Shown: positions 51,020 through 61,539 of the stretch, piece after piece
Layout: each line of letters opens with the position of its first letter
How positions within the stretch are numbered: position 1 is the stretch's first letter
Assembly (NCBI GenBank): GCA_965198235.1
Contig: OZ240248.1
Coordinates: 352,001-416,000, forward strand
DNA from: Candidatus Poribacteria bacterium
GTDB taxonomy: Bacteria > Poribacteria > WGA-4E > WGA-3G
DNA: 64,000 bases
Direction: 5' to 3'
Program-made: the position numbers and the translations under genes
Notes under the pieces: model-generated
The model's input: only the letters and a program-made list of their open reading frames with translations
Told to the model about the DNA's origin: nothing
The model's database searches: none

Positions 51020-52006
51020 TTACCGAGCGGGACCTGGACCGCTGTATTTCCTACCAAACGACAAACTGTGTGCCTCCTCAAAGGGTCGAAACGGCACCAT
51101 ATCCGCTATCTCCTGAAGCCGCTCCAGCACATCCGATGGCAACGGACCGGCTTCAGCAGCACGAACATTCTGTTCAACCTCCTCCACTGACCTCGCCCCC
51201 ACCAACACGGTAGAAATATCGGGATTGGATATGACCATGCGGATACCTGCCTCTGGAAGCGAGAGTTCGAGTTCATCCAAAAACCGGTAGAGTGCTTTGA
51301 ACTGTTCCTGACGAGGACGGCTAAGCCACCATGCCCCTGTCTCCACTTCGGCGTGGCGGCGTGACAATGCTCCTTGTTGTAAGGGAGCACCGATGACAAT
51401 TCCCATATTCTGTCGTTTCGCTTCTGGAAAAATTGAGATTGCCGCTTCACGCCAGAGCAGACTGTAGTTTTGCGCTGCCAGCACCACATCGTAGACACCT
51501 GTTGCCATAATTGCGGGTAGTTGATGTGCGGTCGTGCCGCCTAATCCGGTGAAACGAACAATTCCTTCCTCTTTGAGTTCCGCTAACAACTCACAGACCG
51601 GTCCATCAAATGTCTCGTGGCTTGTCCACCAATCGTATTGTCCGGGACGATCGGGTTCATGCACCATCAAAATATCGATCGTATCCCTTTTCAGCAAGCG
51701 TAGACTCTCTTCAACCGACTGACGCAAGAGTTGTTTATCTTTTGGATCAAAGGGTTGAGGTCTTCCACCGATTTTCGTGGAAAGATAGTGCGGTTGAAGC
51801 ACACCCTCTAAAGCTTCTCCAACGACCTCTTCACTGTTACCGTAGCTCGGTGCGGTATCAACATAATTGACACCGAGTTCCAGAGCCCGACGGATAGCGT
51901 TACGTCCGTCAGCGCGATTCCTACCACCAGCCGTCGAGACAAAGAGTCCACCCATCCCTAAAACGCTCACTTCGAGTCCTGTTCGTCCGAGTATACGTTT
52001 TTCCAT
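51020..52006 (-). CDS. Aldo/keto reductase
   Basis: LGRTGLEVS.LG.G, DTAPSYG, STK, SLRLL..D.ID. Confidence 0.92.
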   Translation of the reverse strand: MEKRILGRTGLEVSVLGMGGLFVSTAGGRNRADGRNAIRRALELGVNYVDTAPSYGNSEEVVGEALEGVLQPHYLSTKIGGRPQPFDPKDKQLLRQSVEESLRLLKRDTIDILMVHEPDRPGQYDWWTSHETFDGPVCELLAELKEEGIVRFTGLGGTTAHQLPAIMATGVYDVVLAAQNYSLLWREAAISIFPEAKRQNMGIVIGAPLQQGALSRRHAEVETGAWWLSRPRQEQFKALYRFLDELELSLPEAGIRMVISNPDISTVLVGARSVEEVEQNVRAAEAGPLPSDVLERLQEIADMVPFRPFEEAHSLSFGRKYSGPGPAR

Positions 52007-52465
52007 GGCTCCTCCTTTTGATGTTTCTGTAGAGTTGGCACGTCTGATAAGACAGAGTTTACAATAGATTCCACAGCGGGTCAACACCAAAATCTGTCCT
52101 TATTGCAAAAACGGGTTGGCGGGGTCAATTTGTTTCATTGCTTTTGCAACCGCGACAAGGTCAACGTTCCTTTCTTCATAGGTCGGGGACCTCCTTTTCG
52201 AGTAATAGACTCTCGTTATAAATTGAGCAATTTATATGCCATCGACTGGAACACTAAATATATCGCTGTATCCAGTCTCAAAACGGATAACTTGCACCAA
52301 AACGGTCAAGTCTACATTCGCGCTGCACCATATAGGGCATCGACACGTCACAAAATTGAAATTTGTTTGACACTGTGCTACAAATATGATAAATTGATAA
52401 TCAACTCTTATTGAAACAATTTCACAGATAAGTTTGAAACCTGTGGTTAACAGGAGGGTAGGCGT

Positions 52466-53251
52466 ATGAGTGATTTACAGTTGCAACAATACCTCTTTGA
52501 CGTGCAAGGCTACCTCGTCATCGAGAATGTCTTGAGTCCAGAAGAGGTTGCAGCGCTCAATCAATGTGTTGACGAGCAACAACTTCCCACGCCGGGAAAG
52601 GTCCAAAGGTTTGGGAGTGCCCCAGATGGCTCCGGGTTTTTGCAGTGGGGGAAACCGCTTTGCGATTTACTCGACTATCCCAAGATTATGCCGATACTTC
52701 AATTCCGTCTGGGCGATTGCTTTCGGCTTGACCGAATTTACGGGATGTATATGCGGGAAGGAATGCCGCGCGGACATCTACATGCCGATTACGGTGCTAC
52801 TTCTCCAACGGCAAGAGCGAAGCCGGGGGAATACTACTCTTTCCGGAATAATGAGATCCACAACGGGTTTGTCGTTGTGACGTGGAACCTTGCAGATACC
52901 GGACCGGATTACGGTGGATTTTGTTGTATTCCGGGGAGCCATAAAGGCAATTTCAAGTTACCGCAACAGATAGCTGAAGCACCCGAAGAGGCACCCTGTG
53001 TCGTCATTCCGGAGGCTCCTGCTGGGTCGGCGATTCTATTCACCGAATCACTGACACACGGCACAGCGGCGTGGAACGGCAAGCATCAACGCAGATCCCT
53101 TTTGTATAAGTATTGTGTTTCACATATCGCATGGACATCGCGGCGTGTTACCCCACCGGAGGATATAGAATTAACAGAGCGTCAAAAGATTCTCTTCCGT
53201 GAACCTGCCGATCCGTATCGTCATTTCCCATCGTTGTTTGACGCAGCATAG
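52466..53251 (+). CDS. PhyH family dioxygenase
   Basis: LHAD, IPGSHK, AGSAILF.ESLTHG. Confidence 0.9.
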   Translation: MSDLQLQQYLFDVQGYLVIENVLSPEEVAALNQCVDEQQLPTPGKVQRFGSAPDGSGFLQWGKPLCDLLDYPKIMPILQFRLGDCFRLDRIYGMYMREGMPRGHLHADYGATSPTARAKPGEYYSFRNNEIHNGFVVVTWNLADTGPDYGGFCCIPGSHKGNFKLPQQIAEAPEEAPCVVIPEAPAGSAILFTESLTHGTAAWNGKHQRRSLLYKYCVSHIAWTSRRVTPPEDIELTERQKILFREPADPYRHFPSLFDAA

Positions 53252-53281
53252 TAAAAAACAGAGGTAAACGCGAACACTGAT

Positions 53282-54334
53282 ATGCCAAATTTCACGCAGA
53301 ACCAATTACAGAAAATCACAACTGACATCTTTGAAGCCGCGGGTGTCCCAAGCGATGAAGCAGAGGTTATCGGGGAACTGCTCGTCGCTTCAAACCTCGC
53401 AGGGCATGATTCCCACGGCGTTATCCGCATTCCGCAGTATATTGGACTCATCGAATCCGGGTTAATTCAGCCGGGAGCACCGATAGAGATTGAACGTGAG
53501 TCGGTTTCGCACGCACTCCTCAACGGCAATTGGGGCTTTGGACACGTCATCGCACAGAAAGCGATGTCGCTCGCGATCGAGAAGGCGAAGTCAAGCACTA
53601 TCAGCGCAATCAGTGTCTATAACTGCAACCATATCGGACGTATTGGAAGTTACCCGTTGATGGCAGCTGAAGCCGGTATGGTAGGCATCACGATGGTGAA
53701 TGCGGGTGGAACTGCGCTCTACGTCGCCCCGTTCGGTGGACGAGACGGACGACTCGCAACGAATCCTATTGCTATTGCGACACCGACACGCGAAGGACAT
53801 CCAATTCTGTTGGACATTACGAGTAGTGTTGTGGCACAAGGCAAGATCCGCGTCGCTGTTAATCGTGGGGAGTCTGTGCCACTCGGTTGGCTCATCAACA
53901 ACGAAGGCGAACCGACCCAGGACCCACAAGACTTGATGGAATCTCCGCAGGGTGCGTTGTTACCGCTCGGTGGGATTGCTGGACACAAGGGGTATGCTCT
54001 CGGTCTGATGATTGACATTTTAGGGGGTGCGTTGTCGGGTGCTGGCTGTAGTGGATCCGGGAACACCCGCCTTCAGAACGGGGTCCTGATGATTGCCCTG
54101 GATGTCGCCAATTTTACACCGCTTGATGACTTTTATGAGCACGTTGACGGACTCGTTGCCCACGTGAAAGCCTCACCAACCGCTCCGGGATTCGATGAAA
54201 TTCTGGCTCCGGGAGAAATCGAGGCGCGTCAAACAGAGCATCGTTTGCGCGATGGAATCCCTATTGATGACGAGACATGGCGGCAGATTCAAGAGGCAGC
54301 AGCGGAGGTCGGGATATCCGAACTTGAATTTTGA
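53282..54334 (+). CDS. Ldh_2 family oxidoreductase (malate/L-lactate/sulfolactate dehydrogenase-like)
   Basis: GHDSHG, NHIGRIG, TNPIA, GHKGYAL. Confidence 0.92.
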   Translation: MPNFTQNQLQKITTDIFEAAGVPSDEAEVIGELLVASNLAGHDSHGVIRIPQYIGLIESGLIQPGAPIEIERESVSHALLNGNWGFGHVIAQKAMSLAIEKAKSSTISAISVYNCNHIGRIGSYPLMAAEAGMVGITMVNAGGTALYVAPFGGRDGRLATNPIAIATPTREGHPILLDITSSVVAQGKIRVAVNRGESVPLGWLINNEGEPTQDPQDLMESPQGALLPLGGIAGHKGYALGLMIDILGGALSGAGCSGSGNTRLQNGVLMIALDVANFTPLDDFYEHVDGLVAHVKASPTAPGFDEILAPGEIEARQTEHRLRDGIPIDDETWRQIQEAAAEVGISELEF

Positions 54335-54990
54335 GCCAATTGAAGCTGCCTATCCGAACAATCATATTCGATTTTGACTATACGTTGGTAGACTCGGCGC
54401 GGGGCACAATTGACGGTGTCAATTTCGCGTTTGAAAAAATGGGTTTGCCGCTTGCTTCCGATGCCGCGGTTCGTCAGGCAATCGGTTTGTCGCTACCGAA
54501 CATACTGACGGCGTTAGCAGGGGACGCATACACCAAGTGTGTCGATGAATTTACGCGGTTGTTTTTTCAACGCGCTGATGAGACGATGGTTGCGTTGGCG
54601 AAGTTTTATGCCGGGGTGCCACAGACGGTGAAGGCGTTGCGGAGGCTTGGTATCCAACTTGCTATCGTTTCTCAGAAACATCGTCGCTACATTCAGCCGA
54701 TTCTTGCGCGTGAGAATCTATTGGAGGCATTTGAAGTTATCGTTGGTGGTGGGGACGCAGCATATAAGCCGAATCCTGAAGGTTTACTGCTGGCGATTGC
54801 ACAAACAGGTAGTACCCCCCAAAATTGTCTCTACGTCGGGGACAGCGTGACCGATGCCGAAACTGCGCGACGTGCTGGTGTTGCGTTTATTGCTCTGCTG
54901 TCGGGTGTCACACCATACGCAGCTTTTGAGAATTACGATGTTTATGCGGTCCTTGAAGATGTATCTGGTATATTGGGTTTAGAGTTTTGA
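54331..54990 (+). CDS. HAD-family hydrolase (phosphoglycolate phosphatase-like)
   Basis: FDFDYTL, KPNP, VGDSVTD. Confidence 0.9.
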   Translation: MSQLKLPIRTIIFDFDYTLVDSARGTIDGVNFAFEKMGLPLASDAAVRQAIGLSLPNILTALAGDAYTKCVDEFTRLFFQRADETMVALAKFYAGVPQTVKALRRLGIQLAIVSQKHRRYIQPILARENLLEAFEVIVGGGDAAYKPNPEGLLLAIAQTGSTPQNCLYVGDSVTDAETARRAGVAFIALLSGVTPYAAFENYDVYAVLEDVSGILGLEF

Positions 54991-55213
54991 CAAAACCTAT
55001 GCCCTGTCTCAGTTGGCAGCCCGGGTGTCTGAGAAAATTTGAGTCTGGAAGTGAAGTATCCGTTCTTTCATCCGCACCGAGTTGGGATTTCGTCCGGTGT
55101 TCAAATGCTTGAAAGCAGCCATTAATTTCACAGAAAAGTGGTACAATGTTCATTGGGAACTTCTTTTGATATTTGACTTTGACTATCAAACAGCAGAGGA
55201 GATAAATCAAGCG

Positions 55214-55486
55214 ATGAAAACGGCAATTTTATCAATCCTCTTCGGGTCTCTACTTGTTTTTTCAGCGAGCGGAGCGTTCCTGCCAGAGGGAAACGGCGAT
55301 TTCACGCCCGGATACGAGGAAGGAACGGATAACCCGGAGAAGAAGGCTGGTCTTGTGTTCATGGATTGGCACGGTCTGAATCCTGACGATTCAGGAAATC
55401 TTGGGACGCTGACTTTTGGGGGTCCGCTTGCTGTTGATGCAGCGGGCAAGTTAACGCTAACGTGGGGACGGTTAAAAAATTTGTAG
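55214..55486 (+). CDS. Small secreted protein with conserved C-terminal tail
   Basis: Signal peptide; LAVDAAGKLTLTWGRLK; GAGGAG upstream. Confidence 0.75.
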   Translation: MKTAILSILFGSLLVFSASGAFLPEGNGDFTPGYEEGTDNPEKKAGLVFMDWHGLNPDDSGNLGTLTFGGPLAVDAAGKLTLTWGRLKNL

Positions 55487-55595
55487 AGTGTAGCGCGCTA
55501 CACAAACGCCAAATCGGGCTTACAAGGTTGCCCTCCCACGATTTATGAAATAGACTGTAATAGGCATGTGATGTGTACTGTTACTTGTTAGTTAA

Positions 55596-56501
55596 ATGAT
55601 GTCTGAGAAAACGCGAAATCAGGAAGAACTTTTTCTTCAACTGCTGGAGAAGGCAGATAACTTATTGACTCACTTGGGAGGACTCCGGGTTCAATCGTCG
55701 AGTGCGGTGCTTGACGATTACATCGCTTTTCGATGGCGAGCACAGAATGAATCGGGGCATCTTATTCCCGTCAAACATCCGAATCTCGTGGGGCTATCAG
55801 ATTTGATCGGGATAGAAAGGCAGGAGAAGAAACTTGATAGGAACACACGGCAGTTTCTACAGTGCCTGCCTGCCAACCACGTCCTGTTATGGGGGGATCG
55901 CGGCACGGGTAAATCTTCGCTCGTCAAGGGGATGCTGGCACGCTACGCTGACGATGGACTCCGATTAATCGGTGTCAGCAAAGAGGGACTTGTCCATCTC
56001 CAGGAGATTGCTGAGGTACTGTGGGAGCGCCCCGAACGGTATATCCTTTTCTGTGACGATCTCGCCTTCAGCGAAGATGAACCCGAGTATCGTGAGTTGA
56101 AAGCGATGTTAGAGGGTGGGATCTCCGCTTGCCCGGACAACGTCCTTATCTATGCTACCTCGAATCGCCGACACTTGATGCCACGACAGGTACAAGAGAA
56201 CCGATACCCACAGAATGACGAAGATGAGTTGTATCCGCGCGAGGCGACGGAAGAGAAGGTCTCGTTGAGTGACCGTTTTGGGCTGCGTCTCGCTTTTCAT
56301 CGGATTTCACAAGACACCTATTTGCAGATTGTTTCCCATTATGCGCAGAAACACGGGCTATCCGTCCCAACGGAAGCGTTACACCGAGCTGCTTTGGAAT
56401 GGGAGGCTTCCTCAAGCGGACGTTCAGGGCGCGTCGCCTATCAGTTCGTCGTGGATCTCGCTGGGCGATTGGCACTTTTTAATGAGTCACCAAGTGAGTA
56501 G
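55596..56501 (+). CDS. DUF815-family AAA+ ATPase
   Basis: GDRGTGKSS, LFCDDL, YATSNRRHL, SLSDRFG. Confidence 0.92.
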   Translation: MMSEKTRNQEELFLQLLEKADNLLTHLGGLRVQSSSAVLDDYIAFRWRAQNESGHLIPVKHPNLVGLSDLIGIERQEKKLDRNTRQFLQCLPANHVLLWGDRGTGKSSLVKGMLARYADDGLRLIGVSKEGLVHLQEIAEVLWERPERYILFCDDLAFSEDEPEYRELKAMLEGGISACPDNVLIYATSNRRHLMPRQVQENRYPQNDEDELYPREATEEKVSLSDRFGLRLAFHRISQDTYLQIVSHYAQKHGLSVPTEALHRAALEWEASSSGRSGRVAYQFVVDLAGRLALFNESPSE

Positions 56502-56690
56502 GAAGAATACAGGAGCGATAACGTCCCCATCTCAGAACCGCTTGCCGCCGTTGTTGGCAGGCTACACGCAGTGGATTTCTGCTGAACGTTCAGCCAACGT
56601 TGGTAAAGATTTGAAAGTCTCCCAACGGGTGGCTTGGATTTAAAACAGGAATGTTTTCACAAAACCTTCCGTAACACACCGTATGGTAAA

Positions 56691-56892
56691 TTATAGTAAA
56701 ATCCACAATTACTTGGACATTACGAGGAGGCGAGGATACTTAGGGGAAATCCGCAGGGAAACACCCTATCAAAAACCCCAAGCAATACGCAGAAATACCC
56801 TATCAAAAACACCCCTATCAAAAACACCCTCGCCAGCGGTGGTGGGTTCGTTCACTGAACAACTGTCTACATATTTTCGGGCTTTACTATAA
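56691..56892. repeat. MITE-like element with internal CCCTATCAAAAAC repeats
   Basis: TTATAGTAAAATCC / GGGCTTTACTATAA ends; three CCCTATCAAAAAC copies. Confidence 0.65.
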
Positions 56893-56895
56893 AAG

Positions 56896-57540
56896 ATGGA
56901 GATTTTTATGAAAAACCGATTGATGCTCTCTTTAACACTCACGCTCTTCCTGAGCGGTATACTTCTGATACAACCCGCAGATGCCGTGCCGAAAAAAGGC
57001 ACGTTACGGGTCAGTGGCGATAATACCTGGGTTGCATTTGTTAACGGCGAAGAAGTCGCTGCAAGCGGAAACTGGCAAGCTCCGACGGTCAGTGAGTTTA
57101 AACTGGACAAAGGCTTCGCACAGATCGCCGTCTATGTCCACGATGCTGAACCCGGTGCCGCCGGTAGAGGCGGATTCCTCGCCGATATTATTCTTGATGA
57201 TAAGCCGGATTACATCGGAACGGGTGAAGACGGCTGGAGATGTGATACCGGCAAACCTATTGCCGACCGGAAAGATGGCTGGGAAGAGGTCGATTTCGAC
57301 GACAGCAAGTGGGAAGATGAACTCGAAATTTACGAGAAATTCGGGGCAGGCATATGGGGATTCGGTGCCGCACAGATGCGCCAAATTCTCAAAGACCCGG
57401 ATTGTGAAGCGAATTGGGCGTGGTGCGGTCCCAATGATGCCGAAGACGAAATCTATTTCCGATACACCATCGGTACACTTCCCGTTGAACCCCAAGACAA
57501 ACTTGCTACTACGTGGGGTGCTCTGAAGAACGGACGATGA
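56896..57540 (+). CDS. Secreted beta-rich protein with conserved C-terminal tail
   Basis: Signal peptide; GDN.W..FVNG; tail LPVEPQDKLATTWGALK; start may be 56908. Confidence 0.8.
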   Translation: MEIFMKNRLMLSLTLTLFLSGILLIQPADAVPKKGTLRVSGDNTWVAFVNGEEVAASGNWQAPTVSEFKLDKGFAQIAVYVHDAEPGAAGRGGFLADIILDDKPDYIGTGEDGWRCDTGKPIADRKDGWEEVDFDDSKWEDELEIYEKFGAGIWGFGAAQMRQILKDPDCEANWAWCGPNDAEDEIYFRYTIGTLPVEPQDKLATTWGALKNGR

Positions 57541-57672
57541 TAGGCCCAATCTCTCACAATGCAAATAGAGACGAGATTTTTGCGTAAACCCTCATTATAG
57601 TGGAACCCAACTCCTCACCTGCGTAGATATTATGAAGAGTTGGGTTTCACCGCGTTCAACCCAACCTACGTG

Positions 57673-58986
57673 CTACAGTGCTTCAATGACCTCTGCGATC
57701 GTCCTGAAGACCGTTTCGATATCCGATTCTTCAAGGCACGAATAAGCCACCCGCAGCTCGGTTTCACCGAGTGAAATTGTGCCGATGCCGTGTTCCTCAA
57801 GAAGCCGCTGCCTCACTTTCTCGGCGTTCCCGGATTTGAGGTTCAGACACGTAAAATAACCCGCATGACTCGGATAGACTTCCCAAAGTTTCGCATACTG
57901 CGGATCAGACGCTACCTCTTTCACCTTCAACGCCCGTGCCTTGAGAATTTCATAGTTTCGTTGTTTTTGCTCGGCATAACCGGGTGCCTTCATCGCTTCA
58001 AGGATAAGCGTTTGAGAGACTTGTGATGCACCGGAGGTATTTGCTCGAATCAGTCCACTGAGTTTCTGTTCAAGCGGTTGCATCTCTGTCTCTCCAAGTC
58101 CAAAACTGATAAATGCCACACGTAGTCCCCACGCATATTCCTCCTTCGTTGCACCGTCTATTTTCACAGGCACTACATTCGGGTGGCATCCGACCAACAA
58201 TCCAAACAGCGATTCGTGCATCACTGATGCGTCATACCACAACCCTGCGTAGGCATCGTCAATCATAACAAGGATACGGCTGCCAGCGTCCGCACGTGCT
58301 ACAATTGCGTCCACAATCTGCTGTGCTTCGGTGCGGTTAATCGCGTAACCAGTGGGGTTGTGTGGGAAATTCAGGAGAATCAGTAATTTTTCGCCAGTCG
58401 TGCTGGTGAGTATTTCACGAAAGCCGTGTGTGTTAAAACCTCTCGCAGTGTTGAAGAACGGGTAGGTTTGAAGGTTCGCCGCTGCTTTGGTTTGGAAGAT
58501 GAGCCGATAGTTTCCCCAAATCTTGTCGGGGAGGATGAGCGTGTCCTCGCTGTCCACGAAAAGGTCGGCGAGTAGACTAAACCCGTGCGTCATTCCACTC
58601 GTCACAATTGGCAGACTCAGTGTTGCCTCGGCGAACGAAGGATTTTCTTCCAAAAGATGTATTTTCCACGCCTCCCGTAATCCGGGTTGACCGAGCACGG
58701 GTGCGTACCCATAGATACTTTCCGATGGTAACTCTGGCACAAGTTCCCGCGAGACTGCGAGGTGCATCATGTCGTCCCCATGTTGTGTAAAGTCTTGCGC
58801 GATTGCGCGGGTGGCATTGAAACGGTGTGCTTTCGCATTCGCCTCTGCCGTTTGGCTTAAGATACCTTTCGGTAGGTAGATGCGTTTTCCTAACTTGGAG
58901 AGTAGTTCAAAAACTGTAGGAGCGGTAGCTCGAATTCGTTCGTTTAATTCAATTGCTATAGGATTTAAGTCTTGCATAGTTTCCAA
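57673..58986 (-). CDS. Class I/II PLP aminotransferase
   Basis: NFPHNPTG, DDAY, DGATKEEYAWGLR. Confidence 0.9.
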   Translation of the reverse strand: METMQDLNPIAIELNERIRATAPTVFELLSKLGKRIYLPKGILSQTAEANAKAHRFNATRAIAQDFTQHGDDMMHLAVSRELVPELPSESIYGYAPVLGQPGLREAWKIHLLEENPSFAEATLSLPIVTSGMTHGFSLLADLFVDSEDTLILPDKIWGNYRLIFQTKAAANLQTYPFFNTARGFNTHGFREILTSTTGEKLLILLNFPHNPTGYAINRTEAQQIVDAIVARADAGSRILVMIDDAYAGLWYDASVMHESLFGLLVGCHPNVVPVKIDGATKEEYAWGLRVAFISFGLGETEMQPLEQKLSGLIRANTSGASQVSQTLILEAMKAPGYAEQKQRNYEILKARALKVKEVASDPQYAKLWEVYPSHAGYFTCLNLKSGNAEKVRQRLLEEHGIGTISLGETELRVAYSCLEESDIETVFRTIAEVIEAL

Positions 58987-59307
58987 AGCCGCGGAAAATA
59001 TAATTGTTGAAGAATTGATGACGTTTAAGTATCTAACAAGTCAATAACAGGTGTATGACACACGGCGTTTATAGTCGTGCGATTCATCGCACGTCCAAAA
59101 CCACAATATAATTCATTAAGCACCATTTTCATGGTAGTGCAATCTACCAAACGTTCAGCGTAATTCATTACCAACCTTACTGTAATTGTGGACTGCTACC
59201 AACTTAATGTCAACCATTTTTCGGCAAGACTCGTTATGTATTACATAGAGAAGTGGCGCAAAAATAGTTGAGATAGGCTCAGCAGCACTAATAAAAAGGA
59301 GTCCGTT

Positions 59308-60129
59308 TTGATGAAAACTGAATTTAAAACGCTATACAAATTAAGTGTTGCCCTTATGATGTGCGGGTTGGTGCTCTTTATCTACACCGGCTGCGGTGGT
59401 TATGATGAGGCTGAGGAAGCAGAGGGTACGTATGCTGCGCAAGGCGCATCTTTCGGATTGATCCCTCCGAACGGTGCCGCCTATAACGATGTTTTCTTTA
59501 AGGATTACGGCACAAATCCACTTATTGATACAGAAGATGACCACCTTTCGACATTCGGTATGGATGTTGATACCCTCAACGAAGCAAAACGCGTCTTTGT
59601 TGAGAACCTAACGGGAACATTACAACTTATTGCTAAGGATGCCAAGGTGCAAGTTGACTTCAATCCGCAAGTCGTCAGTCGTTTTCGCCTGCTCGGCTAT
59701 GAAAACCGTCGTCTCGACCATGAGGAATTTCGTGATGACAGGGCAGATGGCGGAGAAGTCGGTGCGGGTCACAGCGTCACTGCACTTTATGAAATTAAAT
59801 TATCTGAAGGTGGAAGAGGACATTTGGCGACTGTCTCTATACGTTACGAGGATCCAGATACCCGTCGTATCTCGGAAATTAACGAGGAAATTTTCACAAC
59901 ACAGTTGAAGAGGACATTCAAATCGGCATCCCCTGAATTTCAACTCGCAGCGACTGTAGCGGAATTCGCAGAAATTCTGCGCGAGAGTTTTTGGGCAAAA
60001 GATGGAAATTTGGCAGCCGTATCGCAAAGCCTTAGAGATATCGCACCGCGTATCCACAATGAACAAGTGGATGAATTCAGGCACATAGTAAGCAGAGCAG
60101 CTCGCTTTAAGGCATTAGATGGTGAATAA
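59308..60129 (+). pseudogene. YfbK-like (vWF_A / DUF3520) lipoprotein with the central VWA domain deleted in frame
   Basis: LSTFGMDVDT joined directly to LNEAKRVFVE...IAKDAKVQVDFNP...LLGYENR. Confidence 0.7.
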
Positions 60130-60173
60130 CCAATAAAGTGAGTGTGTTAATCATTATAGATATCTTAGTTTTC

Positions 60174-60291
60174 GTAGGTTGGGTTGAGCGGTAAAGATTA
60201 AGACCACTGTGTTTATAACGGAGATTCTGCCTTTCCATAAATCGGTGATGTACATAGATATAGCGAAACCCAACAAATCAACCCAACCTAC
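60174..60291. repeat. GTAG-type REP inverted pair
   Basis: GTAGGTTGGGTTGA / TCAACCCAACCTAC; the same arm at 57656-57669. Confidence 0.8.
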
Positions 60292-60465
60292 AAGTTATGT
60301 CTTTGATATAACTGAAATGAGTTACATTTACATTTTGCAGACAAGTGTGAAAGATAAAATTCCAATCAACAGATATGTATTAGCGCAGTTTGTGCTGTAG
60401 GTGGTTTTACCGAATTTGCGTTTAATAAAACTTCATAACACACTTCCTCGGCAATAGGAGCAAAC

Positions 60466-61539
60466 ATGAAAGCATTTCTGAAAAGACTGGTATTTCTCAT
60501 TATCTTTATCCTTGTGGTCGGTGCTGGCATCTGTGTTTATATCCTTCAAGCACCGCCGGTTGAACAGAAAAGGGTACCGAAACTCCAAATTCACACGCGG
60601 ACAGCACTACGCGGAAGACCCACAGTCGACTCAAAGCCGATTGTATATACTAAAGATGTTTATCGGTTCAGCTTAGACCAGCAGTACATTAGCAACCTGA
60701 ATAGCGGTAAATTGGAGCGTGAACTTCTATTTAGCGCGGGATTGGCGCATCGTGCAAGATTGAAAACAGACCGTTTGGACGCGTCTTTAAAGACCGGAAC
60801 GGATTGGCAAAAAATGTTTGCGGATATGACAAAAGATATTCGCTTCCGTCCGAGTGCGTCCCCTATTGAAGTCTTGCTAAGTGGCGAAGAGTGGCTACTC
60901 AGGGATACCACGGGGGCTGCTTATACAGTTGTAAGAACTGATAGCAACGTTGAGGTCTATCTTCCCGATTTAAGAGAGGCATTTGAGGCAAACAAAATTT
61001 CGCTCTCAAAGGATTTGAAAACCTCCATTAAACAAGCAAACAGACGGTGGCTCATCAAGGATAACGGATATAAGCAGGCTTACAGCGTTGTGAAAGGCGA
61101 AGGGAAGCTCAACGTTTTTCAGCAATCGAAGTTTGAAATTCTGACGTTTCTGTTTGAGGCAGATATGGCATCGCAGAGTTCCCTCACACAAGGAAAGTTG
61201 TCTTCTAAATTGATCCAAGAATTTGTTGCACAGAAGATACCATTATCGCGACGGGCGCAGGCATCAGCAAGCGAAGACGGCATGAGTTGGCAGGTAACCA
61301 ATCCGCCCCTGAAATATAATATCCGAAGTGAGAACAATCGATTGAAGGTTTATCTCGATCTTGACAGCAAATGGCTCCGCATCAAGGTTGACGACAGCAC
61401 AAAAGGCTGGGTGCAAAGCGCGCGCGGTACCATTTTTGAACCTCCCCCACCGACGCTTAGTTCACGTCAACAAGCCAAGGAACGGCTTCTCGTACTTATT
61501 GACAGGTTAAAAGAGAAAGTCGGGCTTTCCAATGGATAG
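60466..61539 (+). CDS. Membrane-anchored SH3b-like protein interrupted by three repeat modules
   Basis: N-terminal TM; ALRGRPTVDS and WLRIKVDDSTKGWV halves. Confidence 0.7.
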   Translation: MKAFLKRLVFLIIFILVVGAGICVYILQAPPVEQKRVPKLQIHTRTALRGRPTVDSKPIVYTKDVYRFSLDQQYISNLNSGKLERELLFSAGLAHRARLKTDRLDASLKTGTDWQKMFADMTKDIRFRPSASPIEVLLSGEEWLLRDTTGAAYTVVRTDSNVEVYLPDLREAFEANKISLSKDLKTSIKQANRRWLIKDNGYKQAYSVVKGEGKLNVFQQSKFEILTFLFEADMASQSSLTQGKLSSKLIQEFVAQKIPLSRRAQASASEDGMSWQVTNPPLKYNIRSENNRLKVYLDLDSKWLRIKVDDSTKGWVQSARGTIFEPPPPTLSSRQQAKERLLVLIDRLKEKVGLSNG

